DNA of 63,370 nucleotides, counting the filler, from Octopus bimaculoides (lineage: Eukaryota): assembly GCF_001194135.2 (NCBI RefSeq). It is 9 parts of 7 records of this genome, joined end to end, with 100 filler letters (N's around TTAATTAATTAA, not from the genome) between each part and the next. Parts side by side here need not be neighbours in the genome. Positions count along the whole stretch, not along the records: positions 42,703 to 58,465 come from NC_068987.1; positions 58,566 to 60,707 come from NC_068996.1; positions 60,808 to 62,180 come from NC_068993.1; positions 62,281 to 63,370 come from NW_026364907.1; 5 more parts are not named here. One strand, written 5' to 3'. Position numbers and translations under genes: made by a program. The notes below the pieces were generated by a model. That model did not search any database. It was not told where the DNA came from and was given only the letters and a program-made list of their open reading frames with translations. Positions 49,791 through 63,370 of the stretch are shown here, piece by piece; the stretch's first letter is position 1, and every line of letters begins with the position of its first letter.

Positions 49791-50950
49791 TAAGCAGCTG
49801 CTCTAATAATGCAAACATTATTTACACCGCATATTTAGCGCATGTTTTGATTATGTGCTCCTTATTCAATAATTTTCCACATCCAGCTTCTTAAAGACAC
49901 ATTTCGCCGGGCGCTATCCCGCAGCAAAAGAGCGAGTAGACAAAGCACATACAGTGACTATGAGATATCAATAAAATATCATAGGTAATTTAATATGTGT
50001 AAAGTTAAAGTTTGAGTCAGTAGAGATAACGACATCTCGTCTTCGTATGCTTTACTTCGTTGAAGAAGTTAATAGATATACCCAGGTAAGAGGCCACGAT
50101 TATAAGAAATATATTATTACATCCCTGTCTACGCATATACATAACAATATTCGAATCAGAGGCGTCAGAGAAAACTTTCAGGTTGCTCATAAGGGGAGAT
50201 AACCTAAATAAACGCTTTTCGCTGATGTATAAGACCTGCAGCTACATTAGCAGCCGATTTTGAACTGATATTGCATCTGAAATTGTAATGAAGTTACTAA
50301 CGTAGGAAAAGAGCGGCATTTGTTGCTAATTCAGTCAAAGGTATCTCATCTGGATGGATAAAAATTCGAGAGACTTTAACAAAAGCGTTGTGGAGATCCG
50401 TATCGGTACTGGGATTGATAATTTGCTTAGATAGCCTGCTATAGAACAGACGACTCTCGATTTAGTGGATTGTTCTTACCATATTATAAAAGGTTCGGTC
50501 TGTTTGATTACGACAATACACTTTTACATTACTTTGGTAATGATATATTCGCGTAGATTCTCTGGAAAAGGGCGAATTTCAACAAGGAAAGATTCTAGCT
50601 CCGGTACAGTTTCTTAAAACGGAAGAGGCCTAAGTTGTAGCAGTACTTGTTAACAACCACGTCTCTACCAGAAATAGTAATGTATTGACGGTTTTTGTAT
50701 ACCATTAAATTGATCATTTTTCAGGCTCCTGATTATTAATATAATGTGCGCAGCTTTCGCAAAACAGAATCTGTGCACAAGACCGTCTGTAAATTCATAC
50801 TTGCATACATACATGCATGCATATATACATACATGCATACGTATATACACGCATATATATANNNNNNNNNNNNNNNNNNNNNNNNNNNNNNNNNNNNNNN
50901 NNNNNNNNNNNNNNNNNNNNNNNNNNNNNNNNNNNNNNNNNNNNNNNNNN

Positions 50951-50996
<46 letters not shown>

Positions 50997-53049
50997 CAGA
51001 TAATATATACATATAAATGTAATATATATATATTATATATGCAAATAATATATGTGTGTGTGCACACAGATAGACATGCACAGATACACCCACATATAAA
51101 TAATACTGTATGTGTGTGTGTGTGCGCGCGTTATTGTATTCTCACTCGAATGATTACCAGGCTGTCAGTAATGTCATTAACATGCAAATGCCCTGCACTC
51201 AAAATGCAGATTTTGCTGTCATACTTGTTCTTTATTCTCATTCATTTCAGTTCCTACACATTCTATTACTTCCCGCAAGATTATTCTTATTTATTTTACT
51301 ATCAGTGTCTTTTTTTTTGGTGTGGGGGGTTGTTTTAGAAGTTACACTTTGGCTCTTTTGGAGGCATTACAGCTTGTTCATTCTGCTTTATTTTCACTAG
51401 ATCCCTAGATGATTAGATTATTGTGTGTAACTTTAGTCACATCGAACTTCTTAATACATTAGTACTATGAACTCCACATGCACAGCTTATGTATGTTCAC
51501 TCTATACCTTCGGCAAATGTTGTTACGACTAACCCCGAACGATATAACGTTATAACGTTATAACGTGCTCAACCAATATATATTATGGGTTTAACTTTGA
51601 AGCGTACTTAGGAATGGATTCAATCAAAATATTTAGAATCAGCATGAAAGAGAATGGAAACGAAAGGATTTTTGGTGGATGTTGTTGTCGGTTTTTGTCT
51701 TTGATATCGAATGCAAAAATATGACACAAGCCTTGGAATGTTGTTAATTTAGAAAGATCAGAATTTAAATATAGAAAAGATTCTTATTTCCTTCTTTAGT
51801 AAAATCGTTGTCACAGTCATTCCAAAGGAGAAATAGAGAGCAAAAACTGCATATGGAAATAGACTCACACTAAAATATACAGATATTCATTAACATATGT
51901 GCCCAAAGACAGGCATATATTCATACATTTACTAAGACACAGACACAGCCATACATTCACACACACTCACACATGAATGTGCATGTATATATATATATGT
52001 ATGAGAGTGTGTGTGCTTGTGTGTGTATGTGTTTGTGTGTAGGTATAAATAAATATATATATATATATATATATGAATAAGCACATAGATGTACTTGCTG
52101 AATTTAAGGAAATAATCGTAGAAAGTGAAGAATTTTATAGAAAATACTTTCTATACTTTTGTCCCTGCATCTATTATACGCTCTCTTCCTTTCTACTCTC
52201 TCAACCTCTCCTACTCTCTCTGCAACACCTTTTGCTTCTCAGCCAAAATAGAGAGAAATGTTTGCCCCGTTCCCACTCCACTAAAACGGAAACTTGTGAA
52301 GATAGAACAGACTTCACAGATTTAGTTAATACAGTAAAGCATTTAAGTTTGAAATAATATAGTTATGAATTATGTTCCACTTATAGAAACGAGGCATGGC
52401 TGACTGATTATCATACTCCAGTGGAACACGCTTTTTGAGTTGGAAACATATAACGATAGTATGCTGCTATGCAAATTGTTGTACAAAACATTTCCCGCAA
52501 CTTTTCAACCATATGTCTATTCTATTTGAAATCATTCAGCCATTTCAATTAGACTTTTAATATTACAGTTTTATTTCAGGCGACCACAACAACAAATACA
52601 ACTCCGTTTTTTAAATTTCTCTCGCAACCAGGTAGTTAAATGTTCGATTCATGTATTTGAAAACTTAGAGAAGTCGGCTCTGCGCCTTTCGCGGCGGCAC
52701 GTTCTTTCCTTGGTCAATACACTTTATTATACGTTGGTCTGTTCCACTGAACTGTCAAAGCTGAGTCGTACCTAAAATACAAACAAATTCTATTCCATTG
52801 AACGGATCAGTTGGAACACTCGTCGTCGTGAACACACACACAGACAAACACAAACGAAACACACTTGTACTCATTACAGGACGTTTGTCGATTCACACGA
52901 ATTCTTACGCGCGTTGATGGATTTTGTTTTTCATCCCACAGGACGTCCAAACGAAGCAAGGTTGGTAGGGTTGCGAATTTAGTTGCCCAAAACACGATCA
53001 TGGGACAGATTTACTGAGTTACATGTTACCAGTAATAATCGAGGGGGGG

Positions 53050-53800
53050 CAGTATATCCGAAGCTTGATATCTTCGCAGGTGGAAAGATTTTGAAGCAGT
53101 GGGCACCTTCTGTAGCTCTGAAACATGCTTAGTAAAAGCGGTACCATCGATGCCGAAAGAAAACATATTTTGAAACAAGTCTGATCTTATCAGGGTATCA
53201 CAAGAAACACAAAGCTCTCTGTGTTTGGGGCCTGTCTTCATACAACCCCGCTACATGTGTGCGAAATGTGGACAGCTTACAGGTATCATATCAGTCAGTA
53301 TTGTATCTAACGCATGCTGAACAACCAAGCAATCCTCTTATTCTCCCGGTACTGTTATACTTGAGAAAGTGGGCAGCGCCAGTGTTAAGGAGAGAATTAT
53401 TTTAAACTAGATGACTTAGTGTGGTCATGTCATCAGAAAGAGAAGTTAGAAGGATGCATAAACAGATAATTTATGAGGAGCTGACCGGATGGAAAAGGTC
53501 ACAGCATAAAACAAGACAGTAATTTAAAGATGTTATAAATGGCAATCTTAAAGATTTGGAGACAGGTGTGGATAACTGGAGTGGATTGACTAAACTGTGC
53601 ATCATGGAGAAAAACTGTCAGAATAGATGTGAAATTTGCGAGTAAAAACGAGTGGAGAGGAATCCTCCGTAAGCAGGATTCAAGGGCAGAATTGCAGAAA
53701 TCCAGCTGGAATTCAAGAGCAATATACTTGGATTTTGCCTCTCAAACGCAGGATTAGTCAGCCATCTAAACTCACATGAATTCAGGAGAAATGATAAGCA
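53050..53800 (+). pseudogene. RTE-clade LINE C-terminal fragment
   Basis: SGTIDAE..; QGITRNTKLSVF.AC...L..CEMWTAYR; CGHVIR..KQIIYEEL..W.R..FKDVI..NLK; FCLSNAGLVSHLNSH. Confidence 0.7.
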
Positions 53801-53957
53801 GCTTGAGAAACGGTTCTGGCGCCACCGTCTTCTGTGACACATTTTAACGAGTGTGGCTGAAGTTGCAAGTTAGATGGAATCCTAAGCAGGCATGAGCGCA
53901 TATATATCTACACACACACACATAGACGTGCGCGCGCAAACAAACATACATACATAC

Positions 53958-54338
53958 TTTGTTGTTGGCACTTCGTCGGTTACGACGAAGATTCCAGTTG
54001 ACCCGATCAACGGAACAGCCTGCTCGTGAAATTAACGTGCAAGTGGCTGAGCACTCCACAGACACGTGTACCCTTAACGTAGTTTTCGGGGATATTCAGC
54101 GTGACACAGTGTGACAAGGCTGGCCCTTTCAATTACAGGCACAACAGAAACAGGATAAAAGCGTGAGAGAAAGTTGTGGTGAAAGAGTACAGAAGGGATC
54201 GCCACCAACCCCTGCCGGAGCCTCGTGGAGCTTTATGTTTTCGCTCAATAAACACTCACAACGCCCGGTCTGGGATTCGAAACCGCGATCCTATGACCGC
54301 GAGTCCACTGCCCTAACCAGTAGGCCATTGCGCCTCCA
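53958..54338 (-). mobile_element. SINE family C, full length
   Basis: TGGAGGCGCAATGGCCTACTGGTTAGGGCAG head, GGTTTCGAATCCC B box, long body ending GTGCCAACAACAAA then (GTAT)n. Confidence 0.9.
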
Positions 54339-54446
54339 CACATACATACTTACATACATGCATACATACATGCATCCATACATACATATATGCATACATA
54401 CATACATACATACATGCGTGCATACACACACACAAACGCACACACG

Positions 54447-54479
<33 letters not shown>

Positions 54480-54534
54480 GTGTGTGTATGTGTATATATA
54501 TATAATATATATATATATGTATATATGTGTATAG

Positions 54535-54568
<34 letters not shown>

Positions 54569-56799
54569 TTAATGACAGCTGAAATCTAAGACATTTATAG
54601 AAGTAATAAAATATATTTGCATTTTATTGGTTGTGTTGTTTTGAACTTATTAGCCACTGTCTGTCTATGTTTTCTTTATATAATTACATTTAATATAGTA
54701 AACTAGTTATCTTTACACTGACTAGACGGTCTTCACTTTGTGAAACGTTTCTTGTTTTATAAGCTCACCGCTTTGGATCTTATTAATGTATATTAATAAG
54801 ATCTACGCTATTAATTTAGTAACCTTTAACATTAATATCTAATAAATTTTGCTCTATTTCATCGTCACCTTTGACCTGAAAATAGAAGTGTATAACCTTT
54901 TCTAGAAATCAACTTATAACCGAAATCATCTTTCATTCTTGCTGGCTATAGAATCCTAAATGTTTGCATAAGCCATGCTGGTGTATTCCTTTGCAAGAAT
55001 TTATTTGCTAGCAATAGAAAAAAGGAAAGAAAAGAAAAGAAAAAAAAAACAGGAAGATTTTAGTAGTCTTCAGTAAATCGGATTAAATTAGAATAACTGT
55101 AAATTACCAAACAAGTTTTGTTTTGACGTTAATAAATATTTCACATTTGTATTACTCTCACTATTTGAACTTATCGTTTTAAATATGTTATTAAAATTCA
55201 TTCTTGTTATGTACATACGTTGACAAGTCTATTGCAGGCATATCGTAATGCACGTTTACCACATTTCTACCTTAACCGTTTTTTTCCACATATTTCCTCT
55301 CTTTCTATTATTTTAATTCGTATCTCAATCATTAACAACGTACTATAGTTTGTTAGAAAATAAGTAAAACTTAGAAAGAAAGTTAGTCAGCGTTCTATCG
55401 GCAGTCAAGGCACTGCATCCAATGTAGTTGTTCAATAAGACATGCAATTATTTCTTAGTCTTCTATCAGCACGACTATTCGTAACATCCATACAGACTTC
55501 ACAAAGACGTACACAACTATATCCAAAATTGCAATGATATTGGAGTCGGAATACTGACAAGAGTAGCTTTATATAACAAGCTGTTTATTCATCATACCTG
55601 AACACATTGAAGGAGATCGCAGCATAGTCTCCCCGGAGATTATTTGTCAAATATCTACAAGCAATGGAGATGACCATTCTACGAAGATTAAACTTTGAAG
55701 TCGTATGAAAGCAGAGAATATTGAAAAACCAGATTACAGTGCCAGGCATAATCTAGATTCTATTCTATTAGTGAACAAGTAACAATAGTTTGTACTAATC
55801 CTTTCTGTTCGATATTGTACGTATTGCATAACAGCGAAGTCGAACCAGAAAAGAAAAACCTTCCACCAAAGATGGTCAAGGTAGTAAATATTTTGTCTTT
55901 TACTTTGGGCCAAGGTAATTTGTATCATTTTATATGGTGAGTTCGTTCTATTTTTGAAATTTTAGGCTGTGTTTTGAGAGTGATTTGTTTTTCCTTTCTA
56001 GCAAGTTAGGCAATCTCTTAAACGCTTTTCATTGACACAGCTTCCTTCATTGATTGTGAGAATATTTGTGTTCGATTGCAGATCTATCAGAGTAGATTTT
56101 TCAGATGTGTTTATATCTAAATATCACCGGACATAAAAAAAACATAACAGGAAGATCAGTAGTATGAGGAACTGAAAAGAATAGTTTTTTCAGCAATTCA
56201 AGGTATATAAATATTGAACGTTATCCATGATGGTTCCTGTGTTGTCACATAGTGCGTGGAACAAAGAATTGTTCTTTTGCGCTGAGGTATATTAGTACTT
56301 GTATGCGAAAATAATATGCCGCCCAAATTAATACCACTTTCTTTGTCCTTTGTAATTAGCGGGGTGTACAATTTTTATTAATGACCTGCATGGCCTCTGT
56401 ATTTCGTTATGCAACCATGATATATTACAAAGTATATTAAACGTTTTTATAAGCCAATACTGTGTTCTACTGTGTTAGCAGTGCTATTATATCACTTGTT
56501 AAAATTATCTCTACATATTTTTTTATAGAAGTTATAGCCAGAACTGATTTTTGTTAAGATGTTTAGTATCCGAGACACTTGATGTAAAGATAATGAGATC
56601 GAAGATGAAATATGGCATATCGGCCCATTTACCTCGATCTCATCGTTGTTTACATGAAGCGTCTCGATCACAAAACGTCGAAACAAAATCAGTGTTGGAT
56701 ATGACTTCTATAGAAAATCTGTAAAGATAACCTTAACGAGTGATACAATTTTTATACTCACTGTGTATGATGGAAATGTAGAACCTCAAATTTCTATAA

Positions 56800-57070
56800 G
56801 CTTTCCGAGATCTGTGATATTCTGGCCATTAAGGCTTCTTGAAAGACAACTAAGGGAAAGACATGAGTCGAAGGGCGTCCACATGACCAATATTTTGATG
56901 AGGAAGAAATGAGTGCAGTGGTTAGTGCGGAACGTGCCTTGGACACAGAATTGTATGGGGGTAATAAAAGAAGGCTGGAGGAAAACTTTAAACAAAATGA
57001 TACAAGGGCAATCAGCTCCGAGAGACAGGCGCCATTATAGGAGCTGATGGCACACTCACAAAAGATTTTC
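56800..57070 (+). pseudogene. Decayed LINE-like inter-domain fragment (L2/Rex-like)
   Basis: ...LYGGNKRRLEENFKQNDTRA resembles the K..Y..K.E..F..ND.R linker of L2/Rex/CR1-group ORF2; several stops. Confidence 0.3.
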
Positions 57071-57156
57071 AAGTGGCTGTGAGCGATATTCTGTCTACCA
57101 GGGGGTGGCCATATCTGAATGCTATCTTAGATATCGGATGAGTGTGTATGTACGTA

Positions 57157-57221
<65 letters not shown>

Positions 57222-58426
57222 ATGTGTGAGTGTCGTTGCAAACGATCAGACCAAATCACTTGTTTAAAGTTACCAACATATTCGTCTGTGACTTCTACCG
57301 GTCATACAGATCCTCTAGAATCTCCATTGCTGTCGCCTTTCCTCGTCTTTCAAATCCTTTAGAAAACACAACTACTGAACGTTTCATAATTTTTGTATGT
57401 ACAATCCAAAGCACTCGCCCTTGTTAATCCTGACGTCTGTCAGCGTACTGAAATAATATACCTCTTTGTTTGTTTATTCATTTATTTATTTATTTATTTA
57501 TTGAAGTTTAGTTTTATGTTATTTATTTATTTTCAGGTTAAACATTTCCACTGAAACAGTGTTGGCTTCGCATAATATTCTATATCGATTTGAATTGCGA
57601 GGTTACTTTGGGACCTCTTAGCCATTTATCATGACCTGTTGGACATTTTTACGTCAGCCAAACTCCACACTGCCACCACGACCATCACCACGACTACAAC
57701 CATCGCCAACACCACGGCAGTCAACCACATAGTTAGTTTATCACATGAGGCCATATCCTAATAGAAATGCATGTAGTTTTATTTATATAGATAACCTTTC
57801 ACCTATTAGCGTTGGAACCACTTGATTTTTTGTTCTTTTCGTTATAATTTTTGCTTTCTTTTGTGAAATATGAAAAGTGTACGATCAAGAGACACAAGAT
57901 CATACCAACCAATCGATATTTTCTTCGTTGTAATATTCTTCAACTTTTGACATATTGAAGGGCAGTAACTATTCTCAAGTTTCCGGTTCTTGTCACGCCT
58001 GTAGGTATAATTACGCAACATATTCTTGCTGTCATCAGTTCTGTCTCTGTCTGTCGGTCTGCCTGTCTCTCTCTCTTTCTCTCAAACACAAACACACTAC
58101 ATGAATATACATATTCACAGACACACTCATACGTATACGCATGCCTACATACATTCACTCACACACACACACACAGTCACACTTACACATATATAGATAT
58201 TTATATATATATATTTATTTATATGCACGTATACGTATATAAGCATGCCCACTTTTGCTTAGTTCGGCGGCATTTGTTACTGATCATATGATTTTAAGTG
58301 ATGGTGTTTCAAAAGAGCAGGATTTCAAATAAACAAGAAGAAATCTATATACGTGTGCGTGTGTTTTGTGGGAATGTGTTCAAAATATACACGCATATAT
58401 AAGTATGAATGTATATGTGTGTGTAT

Positions 58427-58465
<39 letters not shown>

Positions 58466-58565
58466 NNNNNNNNNNNNNNNNNNNNNNNNNNNNNNNNNNN
58501 NNNNNNNNNTTAATTAATTAANNNNNNNNNNNNNNNNNNNNNNNNNNNNNNNNNNNNNNNNNNNN

Positions 58566-60707
58566 TAGCGATAGATCGAAATAGATTAGAGGGAGACTTA
58601 GTTAAGAAACTAGAAGAGGCACTTACAACTGACAGCGCAACCAACTTTTGGCTGCGAGGATGGCCCTCGACCAACACCTCAACGCCAAACACGAAGGCTG
58701 CGTCGTCAGAGCTAAAATGGGTGCCTTAAGGAACGAAGGGATCGAAGCTGCGCGAGAAGCCCGGGTGGCGGAGACGCAACGCGGTAACAGAGCCACCATT
58801 CGGTCTCTAATCGATGAACAGGGATGCAGTTTGCTCGAACCCGAAATGATGTGTGGAGCCTTTCAACAGCACTTTGCTGGACTGTTCGGTGCGAGCGGTG
58901 GGACGGAACGCAGGATGGAGTTCAGTGCCTACCTGACCGGCCTGCCGCGGCTCTCGTCGGGAGAGGCAGAGTGTTGTGAGGATCCCATCACAGCTGCTGA
59001 AGTAAGGGATGCTATGGCGGGCTGCGCGATGGACACGTCGCCTAGATTGGATGGTCTACCCTACGAGCTGTATTGCCAAATGCCAGACTTGTTTGGTGAC
59101 CTCTTGGCATCAGTCTACTGCAACTGGCAACAAAACGGGAGAATTCCCGGTTTCGTGAGCCGAGGTGCAGTGACATTGCTGAAGAAAGACCCAAATAAGG
59201 GGAATTTTATCGATAATTTCTGGCCCATCACTATGGTCAACGCAGATTCGAAAATTTTGGCCAAAGTAATAGCCGAGAGGTTGGCGCTTGTCATCGATAA
59301 ACTGGTCGACAAGGCGCAAACATGCGCCGTGCCGGGCAGAAGCATCCATAACAACCTCCACCTCATGCGCTACATCATGGACAGGGTAGTTAAGGATCCT
59401 GGCATGGNNNNNNNNNNNNNNNNNNNNNNNNNNNNNNNNNNNNNNNNNNNNNNNNNNNNNNNNNNNNNNNNNNNNNNNNNNNNNNNNNNNNNNNNNNNNN
59501 NNNNNNNNNNNNNNNNNNNNNNNNNNNNNNNNNNNNNNNNNNNNNNNNNNNNNNNNNNNNNNNNNNNNNNNNNNNNNNNNNNNNNNNNNNNNNNNNNNNN
59601 NNNNNNNNNNNNNNNNNNNNNNNNNNNNNNNNNNNNNNNNNNNNNNNNNNNNNNNNNNNNNNNNNNNNNNNNNNNNNNNNNNNNNNNNNNNNNNNNNNNN
59701 NNNNNNNNNNNNNNNNNNNNNNNNNNNNNNNNNNNNNNNNNNNNNNNNNNNNNNNNNNNNNNNNNNNNNNNNNNNNNNNNNNNNNNNNNNNNNNNNNNNN
59801 NNNNNNNNNNNNNNNNNNNNNNNNNNNNNNNNNNNNNNNNNNNNNNNNNNNNNNNNNNNNNNNNNNNNNNNNNNNNNNNNNNNNNNNNNNNNNNNNNNNN
59901 NNNNNNNNNNNNNNNNNNNNNNNNNNNNNNNNNNNNNNNNNNNNNNNNNNNNNNNNNNNNNNNNNNNNNNNNNNNNNNNNNNNNNNNNNNNNNNNNNNNN
60001 NNNNNNNNNNNNNNNNNNNNNNNNNNNNNNNNNNNNNNNNNNNNNNNNNNNNNNNNNNNNNNNNNNNNNNNNNNNNNNNNNNNNNNNNNNNNNNNNNNNN
60101 NNNNNNNNNNNNNNNNNNNNNNNNNNNNNNNNNNNNNNNNNNNNNNNNNNNNNNNNNNNNNNNNNNNNNNNNNNNNNNNNNNNNNNNNNNNNNGAAGCAA
60201 GCCCATACCGTCCAACAGCGACTCCGTAGTGGGACGCTGGACGGACGGACCGGTTAAACTGCTCGGGGTCTGGTTCAGTCCGGACCTCCAAATGGATAAG
60301 AACTGGGACGAGATCACCAGTAGAGTGATCAAACTCAGCCAAACATGGGCCGAGACAAAGTTATCTCTAAAAGGCCGGGCGGAGGTGGCTAATGTGTATA
60401 TCGCATCAGTCATCGATTACCGCCTGACCGTCGTGCCTTGTCCCGATGCCACCATCACGAAACTAGAACGCTTTCTGTGGAAGGGTGGCGTTCCGATGGT
60501 GAGACGATCCATTTGCTGTCAACAACCGTTACATGTAGGACTGGGGATGCCGTGGTTAATGATGCACAGACATTCGCTGAGACTGCGGCATCTCTGGAAC
60601 TTCATTGACGACGGTGAACAGGTGTGGGCGCCGTTTGTGAGACACGCCTTCCCGCAGCTCGTCTCACTCACCGAACTGCAAACATGGATCAGGAAGAGAC
60701 CGAAACT
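58566..60707 (+). mobile_element. Tx1/L1-clade LINE ORF2 (RT), young-looking, interrupted by gaps
   Basis: SPRLDGLPYELY..RGAVTLLKKD..NFWPITMVNADSKILAKVIAERL..QTCAVPGRSIHNNL; VKLLGVWF..LSLKGRAEVAN..FLWKG..GLGMP. The frame is open except for one frameshift near 58640. Confidence 0.9.
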
Positions 60708-60807
60708 NNNNNNNNNNNNNNNNNNNNNNNNNNNNNNNNNNNNNNNNNNNNTTAATTAATTAANNNNNNNNNNNNNNNNNNNNNNNNNNNNNNNNNNNNN
60801 NNNNNNN

Positions 60808-60840
<33 letters not shown>

Positions 60841-60843
<3 letters not shown>

Positions 60844-61143
60844 ATAAGATCCTTATTTTAAATAGTCATCAAATCTAGTGGTAGCATGGGATGTAAACAA
60901 CCTGATAGGTTATAATAATTATGAAAATTATAAATAAGGGTATCTAAGAGATACCACCATGCTTGAAACAGCAATCAAAACCTGACTCTAAGACCACATC
61001 AAGTATTCAATACAGCACAAAACAAAAGACAAAAGACAAATAAACTAGCAAAAATTAGATAATTCCAGAGCCTGGGTTTCTGGCTTTGTATAAAAATATA
61101 CTCTTCCGTTGTCAATGAAATATACCATGAATTGTACATAGAT

Positions 61144-61178
<35 letters not shown>

Positions 61179-61573
61179 CATAAACATACGAATACTCACG
61201 TATATGCACATGTACATACATGTATATGCACGTATATACAACAACCAGTTCAGGTGTCCATCCAGACACCATGTGCTATATTGCCGAAATACCACCGCAG
61301 TGAATATAATGACGAAGTGAATATATATATCAAATATCTATATAAATAGGGATAAGATCGTTATTTTAAAGAACGATCAAATCTAGCGGCAGCATGGTAA
61401 GAAAAATCCTTATAGGTTATAATAGTTATTAAAATTATAGATAAGCGTATCTAAGAGATACCACCATTCTTAAAATATCAATTAAAACCTGACTCTAAAG
61501 CCACATCAAGCATTCAATAAAGCACAGGGTGAAAAGACAAAATACAAATAAACTAGTAAAAATTTTAATAATT
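60841..61573. repeat. Diverged ~224-bp direct repeat (60841-61064 and 61349-61573)
   Basis: GGATAAGATC.TTATTTTAAA..ATCAAATCTAG..GCATGG..ATAGGTTATAATA..GTATCTAAGAGATACCACCAT..AAAACCTGACTCTAA..CCACATCAAG.ATTCAATA.AGCACA..CAAATAAACTAG.AAAAATT occurs twice, at roughly 75-80% identity. Confidence 0.9.
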
Positions 61574-62136
61574 ATATACACACACACACACACACACACA
61601 TTCGCACACATATATATTATAATATATTATATTATAATATTAATATTTAGCAGAAGTGACTTAAGGTACGAGAGTCTCGTGCGTCAGCACTTATCAGACT
61701 AACTAGTTACAGTTTGAAGGGCTGTGGTTTTATATGGCTGTTGAGAATTACATTTTTCTCTGGATTGTTCTATCCATGTATGTATGTATGTCTGTATGTA
61801 TGTATGTATGTATGCATGTATGTATGTATATATGTAGGTAGTTATGTAGGCATATAATGATGTGCGTGCGTGAATGCGTGTTTGTATGTGACTGTATGTT
61901 TGTGTGTATGTGTGTGTGAGTGCTTGTGTGTGCGTGCGTGTATGAATGTGTGTGTATATATATATATATATAATGATACGTAATTGCAAGATCCAAGAAT
62001 CTAGGTGTAGGAAGTTATTAAGCTTCGAGCAATCGGTAGTAGATACAAAAGACAACTTTCAGGAACAGTTTACTAGCGTAGATGCAAATTAGAATCACCC
62101 ACCACACAGATATATATATATATATATAATTATGTT

Positions 62137-62180
<44 letters not shown>

Positions 62181-63370
62181 NNNNNNNNNNNNNNNNNNNN
62201 NNNNNNNNNNNNNNNNNNNNNNNNTTAATTAATTAANNNNNNNNNNNNNNNNNNNNNNNNNNNNNNNNNNNNNNNNNNNNGACTACCATAAAAAACACAT
62301 TTTTACCGAAAGCGAGGAAATGCAACTCTCTAAGCCAGCCCCTTAAAAACAAACTGAATTATAGACCATGATTTCGTAGTTATTGTAGTATTATACAACC
62401 TCTACTCTTCAGTATAATATGGTCAAGATAAATATAGGTAAACAGAAAATTAACATACCAAACGAACACCGCGTATCCAATATAGTACACAGAAGAATGT
62501 CCATCGCTATTTACCTATGTAAATGGCGGGAATTTCGAATTGCATCTCGGTACATGTGTTTTTTTCTCAGAATAAATGCAACACTGAATATTCTCTGGTT
62601 ATATATTTAGATTCAATAATAGGATGAACTCTTTTACAAGAATTTATGGATCATTTTTGGTTTCACGGGATACCTTTGTTTTCTTAACGAAACACTTTCA
62701 AACTTGGGATACTGGTAGAATGTGTCATATAAAACATCTTTTTCTCTTAGCCTTTGTCATAAATAACAGTAACACGGATAGTTGTTGACAAACAACGGCA
62801 CTAATTTTATTCAAGGGAAAAAATCCCATAACACCGTTAGAAAAATGTTGTTTAAGTTCTTACGGCAGTAATTGTTTTCACCTCAATAGACGTCAGTGAT
62901 TGGTTGAAATTACCGAAATACGACAAATTTTTACATGAATTAACTTGGAATACAAAATTTTTTATCTGTTCCATAATACAAAATATACAAGTATACGAAG
63001 TTTGAAAGTGTTTCGGTACCAAAAGCACTACATAAAACATAAATGAAGAATGTTGCCCGTCAAACCAAAAGGATCCGAAATTATCAAGTAGCTACCGTCA
63101 AAAAACCCTCATATATAACCCAAGAAAGTTAGGAGATGTAAATCCAACCCACTAAGGGATAATATGTATCCAATATACTGCCGGAAGGATACCCAATTGT
63201 CCCTTGTTCGGTCACTAGATGTCCATTTAAAATTTTATTACAGATATCACATAATTTGTCATATGTGTTTGTATATTAGTTTCATAAGTCCTGCCTCTTA
63301 GTTGAATAATAAACAGGTAAATCGACACAATGCAATGTCTGCAAGTTGATGAGTACCCTTTCCCCCTCCA

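Noticed and set aside
55400-56760. Decayed transposase-like coding sequence (also 5290-5800 and 46050-47400)
   Set aside because: Only scattered protein-like words with many stops; no family could be assigned by eye.
63190-63290. C2H2 zinc-finger gene fragment (CDICNK on minus)
   Set aside because: No HxxxH at the right spacing and no linker.

Overview
AT-rich, microsatellite-saturated animal DNA with many N gaps. The SINE families and repeat landscape suggest a coleoid cephalopod, probably an Octopus draft scaffold (inference, not verified). No host protein-coding gene is recognisable, and most listed ORFs are microsatellite or gap artefacts. The window is a retroelement graveyard containing: five Penelope-like element (PLE) remnants, all on the minus strand (four Naiad-type, one other); RTE, R4/Dong, HERO, CR1 and Tx1/L1 LINE fragments; a Tc1 transposon; a Helitron-like 5' end; a probable solo LTR; and about 15 tRNA-derived SINE copies from three families. 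The best candidate for something new is the PLE at 6351-7960 (-). It has a hammerhead-ribozyme-like motif with a U3-A8 covariant core, then a ~440-codon coiled-coil/basic ORF1, then a U UUU UUA GGG slippery site (same heptamer and FLG/FFRE reading as HIV-1 gag-pol). That site leads by -1 frameshift into a PLE RT N-terminus that has no Met of its own. Several fold-back or inverted structures are also present: a 137-bp-arm palindrome, a self-inverted SINE and an inverted PLE terminus. All translations and alignments were done by eye, and boundaries of decayed elements are approximate.
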